A DNA stretch of 64,000 nt from Minisyncoccota bacterium (lineage in GTDB: Bacteria; Patescibacteriota; Minisyncoccia; Phycocordibacterales; UBA12088), in NCBI GenBank assembly GCA_041908795.1, contig JAYRER010000048.1, positions 18,413 to 82,412 on the forward strand. Reading direction: 5' to 3'. This document shows positions 29,690-39,885 of the stretch, piece by piece (position 1 is the first letter of the stretch; each line of letters opens with the position of its first letter). The translations under genes were made by a program, and so were the position numbers. The notes beneath the pieces were generated by a model, which was given only the letters and a program-made list of their open reading frames with translations, made no database searches and had not been told where the DNA came from.

Positions 29690-30702
29690 GTGCCGCGTCG
29701 GATGTACTCGCTCATGGTGCGTATCAGCTCTTCCATAGAGTGCTTCGTGGTGACAAGGGTGCGTAGCTCACCTTCCGGCATTTTTTTCCAGACACCCTCC
29801 CGTATGAACTTCGCAATTTCCTCCGGCTCTTCGCTTGCGGGTGCAAGCGAAAGACCGATAGACCGCGCATTGTTGGGTGCGACCACGGGAAAGATGCCGA
29901 AGAGCATTCCCTCGAGCATGGTCTTGTCGATGGTGTCCTTAGCCATGTTGACCATGAGGCGGTAGCGGGGGTACACCGTCTTAAGCTCCGCCATGGGAAG
30001 CGGGCCCTTGAACATGACGCGCGCTGTGAGGCCCTCGCGGGTAACCAGCTCGTGGAGCTCGGCAACGTAGTCCCGCTCCACCTCGCGGCCATAGACGGTG
30101 AGCGTGTACGTGTCGGGCAGGTGTGTGAGCGCGCGAATGCACAGCTCGAGCCGCTTGCTTCTGCAGAGGCGGTGCACCGCAAGGAGGTGCGTCTCCGGCT
30201 CGCGCGTGCCATCCGGCGTGATGCCCTCGCTCCAGAACGCTACGTCAATGCCGTGGCGCGTCACCACCTTTTTCGGATTCCCCTCAAACTGGGGGAGGCT
30301 CTCCGGTGTCGCCGCGAACATGCGCCGAGCGATGCGCGCGGCGATGCGCGTGTGGAGCGGGAGCGTGTAGTGGGTGTACCAGAGGTACGTCGGAATATCA
30401 AGGAGCCACCACCACCAGCCGCCGACGGTGTAGTACTCGCTGTTCATGTGCACGAAAACACGATCGTAGCGGAGCGTCATGATGAGGCGCAAGAATCGGA
30501 AGGTGCGTCGCAGTCGCCCGTACCCCCGCTCTTTCCCGAGCGAGTGCACGGGAAACGAGTCGTCAAACGTACCCCGCAGAAGGCAAATGGCCTCGACCTC
30601 GAAGCCTTGGCGCATGAACTCCTTCGCCCAAAGAATAATCGAAGCGAGGTCGTCATCAGTGTCGTTGATTTTCTGTGTAATGATGAGCAAACGCATGGCC
30701 AT
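29686..30702 (-). CDS. Glycosyltransferase (GT-B, GT4-like)
   Basis: C-terminal GT-B domain. Start trimmed to the internal ATG (MAMRLLIIT). Confidence 0.65.
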   Translation of the reverse strand: MAMRLLIITQKINDTDDDLASIILWAKEFMRQGFEVEAICLLRGTFDDSFPVHSLGKERGYGRLRRTFRFLRLIMTLRYDRVFVHMNSEYYTVGGWWWWLLDIPTYLWYTHYTLPLHTRIAARIARRMFAATPESLPQFEGNPKKVVTRHGIDVAFWSEGITPDGTREPETHLLAVHRLCRSKRLELCIRALTHLPDTYTLTVYGREVERDYVAELHELVTREGLTARVMFKGPLPMAELKTVYPRYRLMVNMAKDTIDKTMLEGMLFGIFPVVAPNNARSIGLSLAPASEEPEEIAKFIREGVWKKMPEGELRTLVTTKHSMEELIRTMSEYIRRGT

Positions 30703-30770
30703 AGGGTACCACACCTTGCGACTTCCTGTGAGTTGCGCAGTACCTTGCCCAGCACGTACAATGGCGAAAT

Positions 30771-31670
30771 ATGCAACAAAATACTTCACAACTTTCGGAA
30801 CAAATCAAAGACTACAACGGTCGGGATTACCGTACCGTATGGCAGAAGCCCCACGCGGCGTTTGAGGACCGGTTCGAGGGCGGGCTCACGAAGCGACTCT
30901 TGACCGATGCGCCCGGATGGTTCATCGACATCGGCGGCGGGTATGGTCGCGTCTACCCCCTCTACAAGCGCGAAGGCAGGAAATCGGTCATCGTGGACTA
31001 CGCGATGAATTTGCTCGAGATGGCGGCCACGAGCCACGGCAAAGACAAGGACGCGTACTTCGTGGCGGCAAACGCCTACCACATGCCGTTCAAAGACGCC
31101 GTGTTTAGTGGCGGGGTAAGCATACGCACGCTCCACCACATGAACAAGCCGGAGACGTTCCTTAATGAATGCGGGCGCATCACCCGCGCGGGGGGCCGCG
31201 TGTGCATGGAGTATGCCAACAAGGGCAACATCGCGCGCCTCTTCAAGCGGGGTTTTCGTGCGCTCAAGAAAGACCACGAGCACTATGGCGATATGCACTT
31301 TGGGACCCACCCCGACTACTATGCAACGCTCGCACATGACGCAGGGTTTACCGTGGAGCGCAACCTCGGTACCGGCTTCATGCCGCGCTACATAAAGTAC
31401 GGTTTTCCGATTGGCGTACTTGCATTCAAGGAGCGCATGCTCGACGCATTCTTCGGCCCGCGCCGCCTCGCCCCTCTCATGTTCACCGACCTCAAGAAGC
31501 GAAAAGGAGAGAAGGACGAATCGCCGGTGGGCGACACCCTCCTCGACATACTCGCATGCCCCGCTTGCAGGGGTATACTCGAACCGATTGCACAGGGACT
31601 CCATTGTACCTCCTGTAAGCGCATCTACCCTAAGGTGGGTATGGTGTACGACCTGCGCTACACACCCTAA
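30771..31670 (+). CDS. Class I SAM-dependent methyltransferase (copy 3) fused to a C-terminal Trm112-like zinc ribbon
   Basis: FIDIGGGYG motif I. C-terminal LACPACRG...LHCTSCKRIYP (Trm112/UPF0434-like CxxC...CxxC). Confidence 0.75.
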   Translation: MQQNTSQLSEQIKDYNGRDYRTVWQKPHAAFEDRFEGGLTKRLLTDAPGWFIDIGGGYGRVYPLYKREGRKSVIVDYAMNLLEMAATSHGKDKDAYFVAANAYHMPFKDAVFSGGVSIRTLHHMNKPETFLNECGRITRAGGRVCMEYANKGNIARLFKRGFRALKKDHEHYGDMHFGTHPDYYATLAHDAGFTVERNLGTGFMPRYIKYGFPIGVLAFKERMLDAFFGPRRLAPLMFTDLKKRKGEKDESPVGDTLLDILACPACRGILEPIAQGLHCTSCKRIYPKVGMVYDLRYTP

Positions 31671-32510
31671 ATGACGGGCCTCTCACTCTTGGTGCGCAAT
31701 GGTGCGATACGTGCATGCGCTCCGTTTGCGCGCGTGGGCCTACGCAAGCCCCTGCGGCGCATCATTTCACTCCACGACATTCCACCCGACCACCACGATG
31801 CATTTCGTGCGAAGATGCTTTGGCTCTCGGAGTGGGCGCACGTGGTGTCGCTCGCCGACCTCTTCAACATGCGCGGGCTCGTCACGGATCGCATCAATGT
31901 GGCGCTCACCTTTGACGACGGTTTCAAGGAGTATGCGGGAGTGGTGGCGAGCACGCTTCGAGGGTTACACGTGCCCGCGACGTTTTTTGTGCCGAGCGGC
32001 GCCATCGGACTTACCGATGGGGCGGCACTGCGCTTCGCGCGTGAGCGACTCAAGCGTACCCGTGGCACCTTCGCGTTCATGAGTAAAGACGAAGTGGTGG
32101 AGCTCGCCCGCGACCCGCTCTTTTCGATAGGCGGACACTCGATGCACCACGCTGACCTCCGCACACTTACCGCGGAGCGACTCGACGAAGAAATTGCTGG
32201 AGACAAGATCGCACTTGAAACCCTCACAGGCACTTCGGCGCGCTTTTTTGCGTACTCGTTCGGTGGGCTCGCGAACGTGAGCATGAAGAGCATGCGCGCG
32301 GTCGAGCGCGCCGGGTACGAGGCCGCCTTCACCATCGTACCGTCGTTCTGGACACCCACGTCGCACCCCTACCTTGTGGGTCGCGACTCGCTCTCGGTTA
32401 CCGACAACGTAGCGCTCTGGCGTGCGTGGCTCATGGGAGGGTACGATGTTTTGTCTCGCTTAAAAAATTCGAGTGACCTTCGACGTGTTATGACTGAACA
32501 ACACATTTAG
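31671..32510 (+). CDS. Polysaccharide deacetylase (CE4), copy 3
   Basis: ALTFDDGFKEY...HSMHH. Confidence 0.75.
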   Translation: MTGLSLLVRNGAIRACAPFARVGLRKPLRRIISLHDIPPDHHDAFRAKMLWLSEWAHVVSLADLFNMRGLVTDRINVALTFDDGFKEYAGVVASTLRGLHVPATFFVPSGAIGLTDGAALRFARERLKRTRGTFAFMSKDEVVELARDPLFSIGGHSMHHADLRTLTAERLDEEIAGDKIALETLTGTSARFFAYSFGGLANVSMKSMRAVERAGYEAAFTIVPSFWTPTSHPYLVGRDSLSVTDNVALWRAWLMGGYDVLSRLKNSSDLRRVMTEQHI

Positions 32511-32543
32511 CACCGATGTGCCATTCGAAGTAGTATATTTGGC

Positions 32544-33455
32544 ATGGGGGTATTTATGTTTTCATTATTGAGCGGTTTACTTGATGCCCTCTCGCGTGTA
32601 CCCGTGCGAACGACAAAGTTACATGCACTGGTGTTAGTTGCGGTTGGTCTTACCATACCTCTCCCCCTCTATCTTCTGTTGTTGGTACTACAGGGAGTCC
32701 CGAATGTGGTGTCCAGTTTTTGGTTCTATCTTGCGTGGCACGTGCCCCTCATGGTGACGGCTCAATGGTTTCTTGTTATTGGGCATCGCAGAATGGAACT
32801 TTCACGCGCGGCGCCATACCTTGCGCTTACACCACTGTTTATGTTAGTTACCTCAAGCATACTTGTTGGTGTGACACCCACCATTGCAGGATATGTCGGA
32901 GTAGCACTCATCCCACTGGGAATCCTTGTACTCGAACTAAAGAAAACTGAGCGTGGGTGGTTACTTTTTAGTGCGGACAAAGGCGCACTCTACTTTATTG
33001 CGGTCGCCTTAATTTACAGTATAACGGCAAATTTAGACAAGTTAGCGATAGATGCATCGTCAGTTGCTTTCTATCTGCTAATAGATCACACCCTTATTGC
33101 TCTGTGTTCCCTGCTACTCTTTTTTACATTATCCTACTTTCCAGCTTCGGCCATCGAAACTCGGGACATTATGCACACTATCAAACAAGAACGGGTGCTG
33201 GTGGGCGCGTACGGGATACTGTTCGGTGTTTCTGTGATTGTTCACATGTACGCACTTACGCTTACCGAGCATCCGGAATATGTGATTGCTCTAAAGCGCG
33301 CAGGCACCATTGGCTTTGCGACACTTTCTTCCCTAGTGTTTCTAAGCTTTACACATCAGCAAGAAGAGAAGTGGGAGGATTTTCCAAAAAAAATTTGTGC
33401 TGGGTTGCTCGCGGGAATCGGTGTGGTTCTAATTGTTGTGTACGGTACACCCTGA
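32544..33455 (+). CDS. Polytopic membrane protein, EamA/DMT-like transporter (about 10 TM)
   Basis: 303 aa, 10 predicted TM, AT-richer than its neighbours. Family assignment from topology only. Confidence 0.45.
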   Translation: MGVFMFSLLSGLLDALSRVPVRTTKLHALVLVAVGLTIPLPLYLLLLVLQGVPNVVSSFWFYLAWHVPLMVTAQWFLVIGHRRMELSRAAPYLALTPLFMLVTSSILVGVTPTIAGYVGVALIPLGILVLELKKTERGWLLFSADKGALYFIAVALIYSITANLDKLAIDASSVAFYLLIDHTLIALCSLLLFFTLSYFPASAIETRDIMHTIKQERVLVGAYGILFGVSVIVHMYALTLTEHPEYVIALKRAGTIGFATLSSLVFLSFTHQQEEKWEDFPKKICAGLLAGIGVVLIVVYGTP

Positions 33456-33479
33456 TTGATAAGCGTTCCGCGTAGCGTG

Positions 33480-34169
33480 TTATGACACACGACCCATGTT
33501 TGTATACAGTACATGTTCCGCGCGGACGATATCGTCCGGCCTTCCAATGGGAAGCCAGAGGTCCTGCACCTCTACACGCACGGGCACGTCCCGTGCCAAG
33601 AGTGTGACGAGGTCGGTGAGGTAGAGCTCACCACCGTGGAGCGGTGCATTGTAGGAAAAAATTCGCTCGTCGAGCACCATGACGCCCGTTGAGATGAGGT
33701 TCGTGCTCGGGTGCATTGGCTTCTCCTCGATACCTAGGAGCGAGCCATCGCTCGTTAGCTTGAGCACACCAAAATCCTGCGGATGGTCGGTAGTTGCCGC
33801 GAGGAGGCCAAGCGGGTGGCGGAAGAGCCGCGCAAGCGCGGGCGCACCGTGGATGTCGTCCGCGTTCATAACGAGAAAGCGTCCGGTGAGAATGCTCTGC
33901 GCACTCTTGAGCGCCCCGCCGGTACCATGCGGGAGAAGCTGAGGCACGTACCGTATCCGCCGCCCTTTGTGCTCACCGCCCACGTACTCCTCAATGCGCT
34001 CACGCAGGTACTCCACCACCAGCACCACTTCATGTACCTCCTCGGGAAGCGCCTCAAGCACGTGCTCGATGATGGGTTTTCCGAGCACCCGCACCATCGG
34101 CTTGGGCACCGTGTCGGTTAACGGCCGAAGCCGCACTCCCTTCCCCGCCGCAAAAATAACGCACTGCAT
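33480..34169 (-). CDS. Sugar-phosphate nucleotidyltransferase (NTP_transferase family)
   Basis: MQCVIFAAGKGVRLRPLTDTVPKP (GxGxR motif of sugar-1-P nucleotidyltransferases). Confidence 0.8.
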   Translation of the reverse strand: MQCVIFAAGKGVRLRPLTDTVPKPMVRVLGKPIIEHVLEALPEEVHEVVLVVEYLRERIEEYVGGEHKGRRIRYVPQLLPHGTGGALKSAQSILTGRFLVMNADDIHGAPALARLFRHPLGLLAATTDHPQDFGVLKLTSDGSLLGIEEKPMHPSTNLISTGVMVLDERIFSYNAPLHGGELYLTDLVTLLARDVPVRVEVQDLWLPIGRPDDIVRAEHVLYTNMGRVS

Positions 34170-34271
34170 GGGAAAAGTGTACGTGGGACGGACCGAGCGT
34201 CAAGCGATCAATTCCGCTAGACCACTAAAGTAGTCAAATCAACTCAAATCAACTTAGTTGATTTATTTTTG

Positions 34272-35225
34272 CTACACCTTGTGATACTCACGATACCAGC
34301 GCACGAAATTCTTCACCCCCTCTTCCACGCGCACTCTCGGCTCGAAGCCGAGAGTGCGCCGAGCCTTTGAAATATCCGCATAGGTTTCGAGTACGTCGCC
34401 TGGCTGAAGTGGCTTTTCTATGACGTTCGCTTTCTTCCCAATCTCTCGCTCTATAATTCGTACAAATTCTCGCAGATGCACCGGTGACCCGGTACCCAAA
34501 TTAAATATTTCAAATCCCTGAGGTCGCACATCGAGCGCTCGCATAAACCCCTCAACAATATCTTCAACGTACGTGAAATCTCGCTTCATGTCTCCACTGT
34601 TGTAAAGCTCAATCGACTCACCGGAAAGCATCGCTTTTGTAAACTTAAACAGTGCCATATCTGGGCGCCCCCATGGTCCGTAGACACTAAAGAAACGGAG
34701 CATCGTGATGTTCATGCCAAACAGGTCCTTGTATGAAAACGAGAGAAGTTCCACAGCTCGCTTTGATGCGGCATATATTGACATAGGGGTATCCACACGT
34801 GTCTCCTCAGAAAAGGGCATCTCAAGGTTTTTTCCATACACTGAGCTCGTTGAAGCCATTACAATGTGTGGTGTCTTATACCATCGAGCAAGCTCCAAAA
34901 TATTGAGCGAACCCACATAATTACTGGAGGCGTACACGAATGGGTTTTCCAACGAGTACCGCACACCGGCTTGAGCGGCGAGATGAGCAACCGCGTCAAA
35001 CGGACCATACTGTACCCACACTCGTTCAAGGCTAGCTCGATCGCTTATATCGACACATTCAAAGTGCGCGTCGGGTACTATCCTTTGCACTCGAGCCAGC
35101 TTCAACTGTGGGTCATAGTAGCCGTTGAGGTTATCTACGACGACCACACGATGACCCTCGCGTAGGAGACGTAGCGCAAGGGTATTGCCGATGAAGCCGG
35201 CACCTCCGGTAACAAGTAGTTTCAT
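34272..35225 (-). CDS. NAD-dependent epimerase (UDP-glucuronate 4-epimerase/CapI-like)
   Basis: LLVTGGAGFIGN, YAASK, YGPWGRPDMA (typical GAE/CapI motif). Confidence 0.8.
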   Translation of the reverse strand: MKLLVTGGAGFIGNTLALRLLREGHRVVVVDNLNGYYDPQLKLARVQRIVPDAHFECVDISDRASLERVWVQYGPFDAVAHLAAQAGVRYSLENPFVYASSNYVGSLNILELARWYKTPHIVMASTSSVYGKNLEMPFSEETRVDTPMSIYAASKRAVELLSFSYKDLFGMNITMLRFFSVYGPWGRPDMALFKFTKAMLSGESIELYNSGDMKRDFTYVEDIVEGFMRALDVRPQGFEIFNLGTGSPVHLREFVRIIEREIGKKANVIEKPLQPGDVLETYADISKARRTLGFEPRVRVEEGVKNFVRWYREYHKV

Positions 35226-35336
35226 GTGACAGTGTTATACCACATGAAACTATTTTTGTCTCTTTGACAAATGTAACTAGTTTGTGTTATTGTCCGTACT
35301 GGCATATTCTCTGACCCTAGGTGAAGGAGCGCGACA

Positions 35337-36113
35337 GTGGAAATAGTGGTGATGTACCCGGCGTACTCGCAAGGAGTCATCCAAGACGACTTTTTGCTCA
35401 AGTTGCTACGTCATTTTAAAGAACCGAGCACAGAACCGAACACGTATCACATCGTACCCATCCTTAATGGGATGACAGAGGAGGATTACGAACGTTCTTT
35501 GAGCCAGTACAAGCAGACTGACTCAACTTTCGGAATCAAGGTGCACCCCTTGTATGCCGGAAAAACGACGGGTCTTTTTGGTACCTTGCTCTACGGATAT
35601 GGAGCGGTCGCAAAAACATACCCGAACGCAACAACTGTCCGAATGGATAACGCTGAACATTCCATTGCTGCCATCCCTGAATTGGCGACACCCGCAAGGG
35701 AAACGGGCGGAATGGTCGTTGGAGATCTCTGTTTCGACGATACGACCCTCCTGCCCAATACACCGGACTGGTACGCTCATGAAATAGTGTGGCCGGGCAT
35801 CGCTCATATGGTGAGCCCCACATCGCAACTACCCCTTTCGTGTGCGCATGGATTCCAAGCATTTGGCCCTCGAGTCCTTTCAAAAATCTTTGTTCGACTC
35901 AACCAAATGATTGAGTACATGTCCCTACGAGGCCCTCAACCAAAGTGGGGACTCGACTTTGGGATGGTGTGCTCCGCACTATTGGCGAACGTACCGGTTA
36001 ACATCTATCCGGTAAGGGCCGAATCACTTCGCAATAGGGATCTTGGGAAAATTGCCGACCAGCTTTCTGCTGCGGCGACGTGGGTCAGCGCCTACGCACA
36101 CATCAGGAAATAA
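35337..36113 (+). CDS. Hypothetical protein (possible divergent GT-A-like)
   Basis: GTG start with a strong SD (tgAAGGAGcgcgacaGTG). 258 aa with no recognisable motifs. Confidence 0.5.
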   Translation: MEIVVMYPAYSQGVIQDDFLLKLLRHFKEPSTEPNTYHIVPILNGMTEEDYERSLSQYKQTDSTFGIKVHPLYAGKTTGLFGTLLYGYGAVAKTYPNATTVRMDNAEHSIAAIPELATPARETGGMVVGDLCFDDTTLLPNTPDWYAHEIVWPGIAHMVSPTSQLPLSCAHGFQAFGPRVLSKIFVRLNQMIEYMSLRGPQPKWGLDFGMVCSALLANVPVNIYPVRAESLRNRDLGKIADQLSAAATWVSAYAHIRK

Positions 36114-36178
36114 TTTCGATATCAACTTAACCGCCATGGCAACGTGGCGGTTGTTCTTTTTTGTAAACACAGAGTCAT

Positions 36179-37270
36179 CTACTTTGTTTCTTCGAGCTTC
36201 TTTGTGACATACTCGTACCTACCTTTGGGGTACTTGAATGCAGAGATTGAGTCGGAAGAGTATTTGTAGTGGTACATACTTGAAATTTTTGACCCGTCCA
36301 TCACAATCGGGTACGCGTAGTAGCGCCACACACCGGGACCGTTGGGAATCACGCCGCGCGAGAGGTGCCAAAATGTGAAGAATGCGACACGAACCATCCA
36401 CGCGGGAAGCGGCAGTACTCGCTTCCCCACAATTTCCGCCATCGTCTTTGCATAGACCGGCTCACCGGGAGGTGTGATGTTAAACACTTCGTAGTCATGT
36501 TTCACGCTGGGATCGAACGCGAGGAGGGAGACAATATTAACTACATCATCTTCATGAATAAACTGACGCACCCATAGACGAGTCGAGGGAACAAAAGAAA
36601 CAAGCAGAGTCACCAGACGGTAAAAGATATTTCCCTTGAGCTCACCCGCAAGCGCCGCTTGTAGTCCGAATCGAATACGCGCATACCGTCCACGAGGTCC
36701 AGTAATCGCCGCGGGGCGGACAACAGAAACAACGGGGGTATGGCCTCCATTCTTCATTCCCTTCTCGTACATAGAAGCAAGCTCGCGTTCCGATTCTATC
36801 TTTTCAACCGCATAGCTGTACACCTTTTCTCGCATTGGCTCCTCTTCTCTGAAGTGATGCTCGAAAGAGTTGGTCGCATACGCACCGTACACCGCTGCGG
36901 TGGAGAAGTGGATCAGTCGGGCGACATGCGGCGCCCCAAACGCATAGGAAAATATCTCTCTTGACCCATCAACATTCCACTTCCACCCGAGCGCGCGGTT
37001 CCCATAGAACTCTCGTATTTGCCACGCACAGTGCACCACCACATCGGGCACATACTTTTCAACCAAGGCGCGCCATGCTTCCGGGTCTGATGTATTCGCC
37101 TGCACCCATATGAGTTTAGAATGATTAGCCAACTCATTGGGCCGGGCTTCCTTATCAAGCCCAATAACCAACGAGACATCTTCACGCGCAACCCACTGAT
37201 CACAGAGCATTCCGCCCACGTAACCCGCCGCACCTGTGACCACTACTACATGCCCAGTAGCTTCCCTCAT
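36179..37270 (-). CDS. NAD-dependent epimerase/dehydratase family protein
   Basis: VVVTGAAGYVGG Rossmann motif, 363 aa. Confidence 0.7.
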   Translation of the reverse strand: MREATGHVVVVTGAAGYVGGMLCDQWVAREDVSLVIGLDKEARPNELANHSKLIWVQANTSDPEAWRALVEKYVPDVVVHCAWQIREFYGNRALGWKWNVDGSREIFSYAFGAPHVARLIHFSTAAVYGAYATNSFEHHFREEEPMREKVYSYAVEKIESERELASMYEKGMKNGGHTPVVSVVRPAAITGPRGRYARIRFGLQAALAGELKGNIFYRLVTLLVSFVPSTRLWVRQFIHEDDVVNIVSLLAFDPSVKHDYEVFNITPPGEPVYAKTMAEIVGKRVLPLPAWMVRVAFFTFWHLSRGVIPNGPGVWRYYAYPIVMDGSKISSMYHYKYSSDSISAFKYPKGRYEYVTKKLEETK

Positions 37271-37275
37271 GCTCG

Positions 37276-38652
37276 CTATCCTACTCTAAAATGCGCCGCC
37301 ACGCGAACAAGTAGCGTTTTGATAGTCCGAAAAATTATCGCAAGGTCGAGCAACATGCTTCTATTCTTCACGTAGTAAAGATCATAGGCGAGTCGCACCT
37401 TACTCTCCTCAATAGATTGGGGGCTTATATGACCCGACAAGTACTGCTGATGGGTTTGTGCCCAGCCGGTGATTCCCGGTGGCACGGCATACCGTGCACG
37501 ATAAAAGGGAACGTGCTCAAGCAAGCGAACACCCAAACTCTCGATATCATTACGCGGACCGATTAGTGACATATTCCCCCAAAGAATGTTCCAAAGTTGT
37601 GGTAGCTCGTCCAGACTTGTAAAACGTAGGAAGCGTCCTACACGCGTCACCTTGTTTGAACCTTCCCCTTGCCAGTATCCTTTGTCGTTTTCAGACATTG
37701 TTCTTAATTTGTAGACCTTTAATACCTTCCCGTTCTCACCAAGCCTACGTTGCGATATAAATACCGACCCTCCATCGTCCAGTTTAATCATAATCATGAC
37801 TAGCGGGAGACACAATATGAAGAGCACCCCAAGCGGAACAGAGAGCATGATATCCGCACAACGCTTCGCCACTCGATACAGTCCGTCACTCGAAGAGGTG
37901 AGGTGTTGGAGAAACCACTCAAAACGAAGCGCGGAGAGCGGTACGCGATCAAACAATTCCTCGTATGCGGACTCGAAATCTATAAACGTGAGCCGCCGAG
38001 TACCAAACGAGTACTCCACAAGTGCTGCAATGAGATTGGCAAGCTTAGGGGTATACGGACTCGCTACAATAATGCTAATATCCTGATTCTTTACAACCTC
38101 GAGCGTTCGAGCAACGAAGTCCGGTGTCCTTTCAACCAAAGCGTAATCAACAATACGCACAAACTCATACTCGTACCGATAGTTGCCGTTTACCTCCCGA
38201 ACAAGCTCTTCTGCCTCCTGCCCCTCAGCAAGCAGGAGTGCCTTATACCTTTTCCGTGGGCGAAAGTGTGGGAAGAGTGTGAGACGCCACGCAACCATGA
38301 GAAGCGAGGAGACTCCGAGGTAAATGAGGAGATTGGTTTTGGGAGCAATGGGAAAAATTGGCAACAAGAAAAAAAGTGCCGCGGCACACAGCACATTTAT
38401 TGTTTGTGCGGTGAAAATGCGTCCAGGGAGACGTCGTTGGAGAATGACCGTATGCTTATCGTACAATCCTGCGATGAAGTATACTGCGAGCCAAACAGCG
38501 GAGAGAAAGGTGAATGCCGGAAGGTGATCCTCCAGTCGCACACGAGTGGGAAGCTCAAAATATCGCACAAACAGTGTGATATAAAGCGCCACAAGAAAAA
38601 ACGTAAGGTCTCCCAGCACAAGTATGAATAGTTCTCTCCGTCGTACATGCAT
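37276..38652 (-). CDS. Undecaprenyl-phosphate sugar phosphotransferase (bacterial sugar transferase, WbaP/WcaJ-like priming enzyme)
   Basis: N-terminal TM segments plus the C-terminal Bac_transf domain (KLRTM...[20 protein letters not shown]). Confidence 0.85.
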   Translation of the reverse strand: MHVRRRELFILVLGDLTFFLVALYITLFVRYFELPTRVRLEDHLPAFTFLSAVWLAVYFIAGLYDKHTVILQRRLPGRIFTAQTINVLCAAALFFLLPIFPIAPKTNLLIYLGVSSLLMVAWRLTLFPHFRPRKRYKALLLAEGQEAEELVREVNGNYRYEYEFVRIVDYALVERTPDFVARTLEVVKNQDISIIVASPYTPKLANLIAALVEYSFGTRRLTFIDFESAYEELFDRVPLSALRFEWFLQHLTSSSDGLYRVAKRCADIMLSVPLGVLFILCLPLVMIMIKLDDGGSVFISQRRLGENGKVLKVYKLRTMSENDKGYWQGEGSNKVTRVGRFLRFTSLDELPQLWNILWGNMSLIGPRNDIESLGVRLLEHVPFYRARYAVPPGITGWAQTHQQYLSGHISPQSIEESKVRLAYDLYYVKNRSMLLDLAIIFRTIKTLLVRVAAHFRVG

Positions 38653-38694
38653 AGTGGAAATAGGTACTTGCTAGTGTATAGTATCGTTGTGCAT

Positions 38695-39885
38695 ATGGAA
38701 CCAACAAATACTCCTTCTGTCAAGAATCTGTGTATCGTGATCGCGATTACTAAGTCCAATTGGGGGGGTGCCCAACGCTATGTGCACGACCTCGCTGTTG
38801 CACTTCACGCGCAAGGCCACCATGTTCATGTTGTACTTGGTGGCACGGGGGAGCTTGCACAAAAACTCCGAGACGGAGGAATCGACGTATCCTCCGTTCC
38901 AACACTTACTCGCGACATTACCCTTACACAAGAGATCCGATCCTTTATTCATATCTATAAGGTGCTACGTACGATACGTCCTGACGTGCTACACCTTAAC
39001 AGCAGTAAAGCGGGAGGGCTCGGCGCACTTGCGGGAAGAGTGCTTGGGGTACCACGCATCATATTCACGGCACACGGGTGGGCATTTAACGAGCCGAGAT
39101 CCCGGTTCGTGTGTATATTGCTACGAACTCTGTACTGGATCACCATACTACTAGCTCACCGGACTATTGCCGTGTCGGCGGCCACCGCGCGTGACATCAT
39201 ACACCTGCCGTTCATGCGCTCACGTATCGAAGTGATACATGTTGGATGTACGTCTACAGCCATCCTTCCACGCAATGATGCACGCAGAGCTCTTGAGCAA
39301 ATGCATCCCTCGCTTGCGAGCATTTTTTCAAGTAACGCAAAAGTATTTGTAACTATCGCTGAGCTACACCCCATCAAGGGACACCATGTAATGCTTGAGG
39401 CTTTTTCACGCACACAGATGCACACTCCCTCAATGTACTGGGTGCTTATGGGGGATGGTGAACTTCGAGATGAACTACAGACGACCATTAAAAAATGGAA
39501 CCTGAATGAAAAAGTGTTGCTTCTGGGTCACGTGCGTGATGCGAGTCGCTACCTAAACGCATTCGACTACTTTGGACTTCCCTCACTTTCAGAGGGTCTT
39601 GCATACGTTCTCCTTGAGGCGGGGCTTGCAAATCTTCCTGTGATTGCCACGTGTGTGGGCGGCATACCAGAAGTTATAACCGATGGGAAAACCGGTCTCC
39701 TGGTACCCTCAAAAGATGCGAGTGCGCTTGAGAAGGCTCTCACCACACTTATAGCCGACACGCATCTGGCGTATTCGCTTGGCAGTGCTCTCAATACCCA
39801 AGTGCGAACCAACCACTCTCTAGCACAAATGGTTGCGCGCATCGTGGATGTCTACCACAATCAGCAATTCTTCAAAGAGGCTTAA
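38695..39885 (+). CDS. Glycosyltransferase family 4 (GT-B)
   Basis: LLEAGLANLPVIATCVGGIPEV. Start trimmed to 38695 (MEPTN). Confidence 0.8.
   Translation: MEPTNTPSVKNLCIVIAITKSNWGGAQRYVHDLAVALHAQGHHVHVVLGGTGELAQKLRDGGIDVSSVPTLTRDITLTQEIRSFIHIYKVLRTIRPDVLHLNSSKAGGLGALAGRVLGVPRIIFTAHGWAFNEPRSRFVCILLRTLYWITILLAHRTIAVSAATARDIIHLPFMRSRIEVIHVGCTSTAILPRNDARRALEQMHPSLASIFSSNAKVFVTIAELHPIKGHHVMLEAFSRTQMHTPSMYWVLMGDGELRDELQTTIKKWNLNEKVLLLGHVRDASRYLNAFDYFGLPSLSEGLAYVLLEAGLANLPVIATCVGGIPEVITDGKTGLLVPSKDASALEKALTTLIADTHLAYSLGSALNTQVRTNHSLAQMVARIVDVYHNQQFFKEA

Noticed and set aside
20195-31700. Numerous long antisense or out-of-frame ORFs in the track (e.g. 20312-21136+, 21443-22120+, 28640-29422+, 30052-30903+, 50441-51490+)
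   Set aside because: These are artefacts of high GC (few stop codons). They are embedded opposite well-supported genes and have low-complexity Arg/Ala/Pro-rich translations.
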